The notes under the pieces were generated by a model, which was given only the letters and a program-made list of their open reading frames with translations, searched no databases and was not told the origin of the DNA. Position numbers and translations under genes: made by a program. From a virus (lineage: Duplodnaviria; Caudoviricetes), in the IMG/VR virus record IMGVR_UViG_3300033446_000004, positions 1 through 29,931 of that record: a stretch of 29,931 nt of DNA. One strand, written 5' to 3'. Below, one piece after another: positions 25,248 to 29,931 of the stretch (the first letter of the stretch is position 1; the number at the start of each line of letters is the position of its first letter).

Positions 25248-26450
25248 TTAAATTTTGCCGACAATAAAGTCGATGTTAATTCTCATAATTCCTATTCCGT
25301 CGGGTCCTGCAATAACATTTTCCATGTCAGAATATGATTCATCTGTAAATGAGTATTTATACTCAATTTCAGCTGAATGATTAAATATATCAGATTTGCT
25401 GACTTTATATTTTTCACTAAGGATTTGAATTGGAATTATAAAATATCCAACTATTTCATATATTTCGGTTGATTTCAAAAACTCCAACAAATATTCCTTC
25501 GCTTGTTTTGAGTTTGAATATGAATATGATAACCAACCTGAATTTACAGTTCGGTTTTCTGTAAAATTTGAAAAATCAATTGAAATTTCATTCTCATTTT
25601 CGCTTTCAATTCTTGAAATTTCGTGTTCGTTTGAATAAACTCCACGCAATTGAACAAAATCAAAGCAACCTAATGAATTTTTAAACAGAAACTGTTTCAA
25701 ATTGCTAAAGTATTGAGTTGAAATTTCAAAACTTCTGTTGTTAATAATTTTTACACCAAGCGAATTTTCGATGTATATTTCATATTTTACAATACTTTTT
25801 GTTTCTGTTTCATAAATTGCCAAACTGTTGGCATCAAAACCTGCATTCATTTCATAAATTGTATTTGCAAGTATTGCCGTTGGCTCAAATGATACAATTT
25901 CAGTTGTATTGTTTGAATAATATAATTTGAATTTTTGAGTAACAGTTTGAAATGTTAATGATAAAAAGTACAAAATGTCAAAATCAGTTCGGTTTATTTT
26001 TTTTTCGGGTTGCCAAGTGAAAAAGTTTCCCGAAAAATCGGTAATCTCATAAATATTATTTTTTAAATATGCTTTTGAAATTGCTCCATTAATTACTGTA
26101 AGTGGCTCACAATTTATTAAGGAATATTCAGTTAAACTGTCGCTAACAGTAGCATAAGCCTCAATATTGATATGTTTTGCAAGTGAAGTTTGATAAATTC
26201 CTTGTCGATAAAATCTATAAATATCAAAATTCATGTCAATTTCAAAATTTATAAATTCCGATAAATCAAAACTCGCAACTCCATTAATAACTGGTACTTT
26301 TATTTTGGCAAGAAAATTTAAGTTTGAATCTGTAATTCTTAAATTAATCCTGGTTAGAGCAGCATCAAGATTATTTATAGATATTCTAATTCTTGCCGGA
26401 TTGTCGGAAAAAATTAAAGAATTAGGATATTCTATTACGCTCAGTGCCAT
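25248..26450 (-). CDS. Tail tip/baseplate protein, paralog 2
   Basis: 400 aa; shares TWQPEKKI, KNS.G.FD and NSGWL motifs with 26494..27666. Confidence 0.65.
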   Translation of the reverse strand: MALSVIEYPNSLIFSDNPARIRISINNLDAALTRINLRITDSNLNFLAKIKVPVINGVASFDLSEFINFEIDMNFDIYRFYRQGIYQTSLAKHINIEAYATVSDSLTEYSLINCEPLTVINGAISKAYLKNNIYEITDFSGNFFTWQPEKKINRTDFDILYFLSLTFQTVTQKFKLYYSNNTTEIVSFEPTAILANTIYEMNAGFDANSLAIYETETKSIVKYEIYIENSLGVKIINNRSFEISTQYFSNLKQFLFKNSLGCFDFVQLRGVYSNEHEISRIESENENEISIDFSNFTENRTVNSGWLSYSYSNSKQAKEYLLEFLKSTEIYEIVGYFIIPIQILSEKYKVSKSDIFNHSAEIEYKYSFTDESYSDMENVIAGPDGIGIMRINIDFIVGKI

Positions 26451-26454
26451 GTTG

Positions 26455-26489
26455 CAATTTTAATACTTATAAAAATTTTAAAAAAGGAC
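26455..26489 (-). promoter_or_regulatory. Second copy of the putative late promoter
   Basis: GTCCTTT-N20-TAAAATTG, same boxes and spacing as 7312-7346. Confidence 0.6.
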
Positions 26490-26493
26490 AATT

Positions 26494-27666
26494 TTATTTG
26501 AAAAAACCAACATCAATGATTGAATGTTGATATTCTATTTCAACCGAATAAATGAATTTATCGGATTGATGCACTTTTATTTTATCCGATTTTATGGTTA
26601 TCGGAATTATAGAATTATCTAAAATTTCAAAAGCTTCAGTTGACTTTATAAATTCTATAATATATGTTTTTGCCCGTTTGGCATCAACAAATGAATATTG
26701 CAACCAGCCTGAATTTGCTGTTTGCATTTTGGAATATTTTGAAGAAAATGTTTTTTCAATGCCTTTAAAACTTCCTGCAGCTTTTGAAATTTCGTTACTA
26801 TTTTCACTAACTCCTTTAAACTCGATTAGGTCAAAACCTCCAATCGAGTTTTTGTACATGAATTTCTTTCTGTTATTGAAATAGTCATGATTTACGTGAA
26901 AAGTACGTTTTTCTATTATTGTTTCGCCCTGTTCATTTAATATTGAAATTTCGTATTTTGTGATTTTTTTATCTGTAGTTTCATAATTCTGTAAATTATT
27001 AGCATAAAAAGAACAATTTATAGAAAATATTGAATATTCATTATCAGATACAGGATCTAAATTTAAAACTTGAGAAGTGCCATCATCAAAATATAATACT
27101 ATTCTTGGTTGAATATAATTGAATGAATTATATGAATAAAAATACAAAAAATCAAACTCATCGAGTGATATTTTCTTTTCGGGCTGCCAAGTCAAAAATC
27201 TATTCAGAAATTCTAAAGTAGAACCTGAATAAGATTCTTTGAAAAGTTTTGAAAAACCGCCTGGTATAACATTAATATAAGCAAGAGTTTCATTTAAGTG
27301 TTCAATATTATCAATTCCGTAAGTTTCAAAAACCTCGCAATAATATGATTTTACCAAATTTGTTTGAACTATTCCTGTGGTTGAAAACATGGAATAATTT
27401 GGAAAATGTTTTTCGGAATTTTTAAAATAAGCCGAAATATCAAATTTTGCTATTGCATAATTCAAAGGCTCTCCAAGTTGACCTTGACCGTTTGAAATCT
27501 CTTTGCAATTTATAATTTCAGTTCCTAAAAGAACATTTGCGCTATTGAAAATCCGCAAATAAATCTTATGAAATGTACGGAAATAAGAATAATCACTGCG
27601 AATTTCAACAATAGCTTCGTGTTTTTCAAACACGTTAATTTCCGGATATTTTAAAATTGTTATCAT
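26494..27666 (-). CDS. Tail tip/baseplate protein, paralog 1
   Basis: 390 aa; tail operon position; coupled to the upstream gene. Confidence 0.65.
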   Translation of the reverse strand: MITILKYPEINVFEKHEAIVEIRSDYSYFRTFHKIYLRIFNSANVLLGTEIINCKEISNGQGQLGEPLNYAIAKFDISAYFKNSEKHFPNYSMFSTTGIVQTNLVKSYYCEVFETYGIDNIEHLNETLAYINVIPGGFSKLFKESYSGSTLEFLNRFLTWQPEKKISLDEFDFLYFYSYNSFNYIQPRIVLYFDDGTSQVLNLDPVSDNEYSIFSINCSFYANNLQNYETTDKKITKYEISILNEQGETIIEKRTFHVNHDYFNNRKKFMYKNSIGGFDLIEFKGVSENSNEISKAAGSFKGIEKTFSSKYSKMQTANSGWLQYSFVDAKRAKTYIIEFIKSTEAFEILDNSIIPITIKSDKIKVHQSDKFIYSVEIEYQHSIIDVGFFK

Positions 27667-29687
27667 TATCTATTTCCTTTAATTAAAATACATTTTACGG
27701 GCAAAATTTCAGTTTTTGTTAGTTGAACTGAAAAGCTTTTTATAAAATAAAAATTATTTCCTATTAACTTTTTTCTCGAAAAGTCGAAGTTTTTTATTTC
27801 GGCAACGGATAAATTAATTTCCATCTCAAATTCTTCTGTCATTGTATCTTGAAACCATGGTAAAAAGCTTTTCCAATGATTTTCATAACTTCCTTTTGCC
27901 GAAATATAATAAGTATCGCTTGGGAAACCTTGATGACTCCAAGGGAAGTTATCGGCATAAGTTAATCCATCTTTATAAATTGAAACGCCGTTTTGAAGAC
28001 CTTTATATATTGAAAGCCTTAAACCACATTTATTTTTTGAACTTCCAAAAACGCTGTGTCGGTTTCCAATCATTTCCACCCAAGGTATATTTTTTAAGTA
28101 CGGTATATAATCATCAGACCAGCCCCAAGAGCTGAGTGGAGTTATTCCTAAATTTATTTCAGTTTCTCTTGCTCCATCAAAATAAGAATTTTGGGAAGCA
28201 AATGAAAGGGAGTTATCAAACGTATTTGTAAAAGATGTTACGCTTAATGCAACATCTGTAAGTCCTGTAATAAAAGGTGCTTTATATGAAATATTAAAAG
28301 TTGTATCCTCAATATTTCCGACTTTTTGCGTAATGATAATATTCGCATCAGCTCCCGAAACATTATAGTTAGAAGCAACAGGAAAGCATGCAGCTCTGAT
28401 TTTTTGCGCAATCATCGCATCGGTGTCGTTAAGTGCAACTTCAACTAAAATCTCATAAGGCGAAGGTGTTACTTTTTCGCCCGAAATTTCCACATAAACA
28501 TAACCAACAAAACCTTGGATTGCTGTAACACTTCCAATTACGGTAATAGTTTGCACCATTGTTTGAGCTTCAGGACTTACCTGTTTTACCCAAATAGGAA
28601 CATCGGGAGATGAATCTGTTGTTTTTGCAATGTAAATAAAACCATCAACAAATATAACTTTATTTAAAGTTGCAACAACAGGTAAATTTGAATATATATG
28701 ACTTTCTTCTATTTCTGCAACATCTGCAATGCTTTTTATCAACGTGTCATTTTCATCTTTTTTTACGGATAAAATAAACCCGGATTTTTTTTTGCTTAAA
28801 GTTTTTGAGTGTCCTGTTATTTTTTTGTCGGTGTAGTCATCAAACAGAAATGAATTTATCATGTCATTTCTGTTTACAACTGTAACTTTTCCATGTTTTA
28901 CCATAAAAAAAATGTTGAAATAATTTTGAATTGCCATGATAAACTCAGATATAGTCATTGTTGGCAATTGTTCACATAAATTGAACATGCCTGGACCTGT
29001 AAGTGATTGAGTTGAATGTATGGAAAATATGTTAATGTTTTTGTAAATTCCTGTAAAGAAATTATCCACATAATTAAATCCAAAACTTAAAAAAAGGAAT
29101 TTTAAAGTTTGGTGCAGTAAAGGGAATGGAGTGAGCATATTATTAGCCAAATGGAATTTATTTGTGTCAAAATTCCACCTATTTTGTAAATGGTTTTGTC
29201 CATTATTTGGCTTAAATCCAATTTGATTTTTAAAAAAATATTGATTATAAACAGGATACAACACATATAAATCTATTTCTGTGTCGTAAACGACTTTTGT
29301 CATATCAACCGATAAATACTCTTCGCCGATACGGTGTTCGTTTAACATTTTATCTTTAAAATTTGAGTATAAATACCCATTATCAACAAAAAGCGAACAT
29401 GAAAATTCTGTATCTGTAAATTCTGAAGCTGAAATTTTTCCTGAAACTATCATTAAACCTGAGTGCCAAATCTCACAATCAAATTCCCGAACTGTATTAT
29501 CAGCTGAATTTAAATTGCTAGGGAAATTAAAAATTGCATTATTTCTAGGCGTTACAGGCAAACTAAAAGGGATGGAATATGAACCAACAATGGTATCAAA
29601 CTCAAATATACCACCATTCATTTGCAGTTCAATGCCGTTTAAATCGCCGAGGTCAACTTCTTTCGAGTTTATTGTTATTTTTAGCAT
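27666..29687 (-). CDS. Tail tip / baseplate hub-like protein
   Basis: 673 aa after the tape measure gene; GSYSIPFSLPVTPRNNAIF and LPTMTISEFI motifs. Confidence 0.68.
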   Translation of the reverse strand: MLKITINSKEVDLGDLNGIELQMNGGIFEFDTIVGSYSIPFSLPVTPRNNAIFNFPSNLNSADNTVREFDCEIWHSGLMIVSGKISASEFTDTEFSCSLFVDNGYLYSNFKDKMLNEHRIGEEYLSVDMTKVVYDTEIDLYVLYPVYNQYFFKNQIGFKPNNGQNHLQNRWNFDTNKFHLANNMLTPFPLLHQTLKFLFLSFGFNYVDNFFTGIYKNINIFSIHSTQSLTGPGMFNLCEQLPTMTISEFIMAIQNYFNIFFMVKHGKVTVVNRNDMINSFLFDDYTDKKITGHSKTLSKKKSGFILSVKKDENDTLIKSIADVAEIEESHIYSNLPVVATLNKVIFVDGFIYIAKTTDSSPDVPIWVKQVSPEAQTMVQTITVIGSVTAIQGFVGYVYVEISGEKVTPSPYEILVEVALNDTDAMIAQKIRAACFPVASNYNVSGADANIIITQKVGNIEDTTFNISYKAPFITGLTDVALSVTSFTNTFDNSLSFASQNSYFDGARETEINLGITPLSSWGWSDDYIPYLKNIPWVEMIGNRHSVFGSSKNKCGLRLSIYKGLQNGVSIYKDGLTYADNFPWSHQGFPSDTYYISAKGSYENHWKSFLPWFQDTMTEEFEMEINLSVAEIKNFDFSRKKLIGNNFYFIKSFSVQLTKTEILPVKCILIKGNR

Positions 29688-29688
29688 A

Positions 29689-29931
29689 TTACAGAGTTGC
29701 TGATGATTTTGTGTTATTTAACAGATTTTGTTTATATTCAATGTCAGAAATTGAAACAACAGCTTTTAAAGTTGATTTCCAAGTTTTCATTTCATTTGCC
29801 AAAGCATCGAATTTACTTGAAAGAACATCATTTTGGAATGAAGAATCTTGCGAAGTGCTTGTTTTTTGAACTTCAACAAACCCTCCTTCGGCAAGTCCTT
29901 TTACTTTGTTTTTTTGGATTGATCCTAAAAC
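29689..29931 (-). CDS. Tape measure protein, C-terminal end (runs off window)
   Basis: Open frame VLGSIQKNKVKGLAEGGFV...SSATL*; AxGGxV motif and position. Confidence 0.6.
   Translation of the reverse strand, partial: VLGSIQKNKVKGLAEGGFVEVQKTSTSQDSSFQNDVLSSKFDALANEMKTWKSTLKAVVSISDIEYKQNLLNNTKSSATL

Noticed and set aside
279-29869. Short antisense or nested ORFs in the track (e.g. 279..629, 3534..3731, 5094..5309, 17427..17651, 20996..21226, 26594..26884, 29579..29869)
   Set aside because: They overlap well-supported genes and show no motifs; treated as shadows.
1-29931. Stop-codon reassignment
   Set aside because: Long genes are intact in the standard code, and TAA, TAG and TGA all end tightly packed genes.

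Overview
An AT-rich ~30 kb segment of a temperate tailed phage, most likely of a Bacteroidota host (AT-rich leaders without Shine-Dalgarno motifs, TAnnTTTG-like promoter elements, Bacteroidota-type integrase). It appears to be the excised/circular form, because phage genes lie on both sides of an attP-like site next to the integrase. Left to right, mostly on the minus strand: terminase large subunit and packaging genes, a PLD-like nuclease, a probable -1 frameshift gene, tail-tube-like protein, major capsid protein, scaffold, S49 protease, an accessory region (8.8-13.2 kb), an iteron origin, a 1298-aa primase-helicase, early genes and antirepressor, XRE repressor, a secreted protein, attP (resembling a tmRNA/tRNA 3' end), tyrosine integrase and tail genes. 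The main find is that the accessory region is built like an integron cassette array. Seven apparently promoterless single-gene units are separated by 95-140 bp attC-like imperfect palindromes with covarying stems, and six units are bounded by matching 9-10 bp GTTRRR...YYYAAC-type inverted cores. No integron integrase is present in the window, suggesting a phage that acquires and shuffles early accessory genes through an attC-like single-stranded DNA hairpin system. Protein-family calls come from motifs recognised by eye; no database searches were run.
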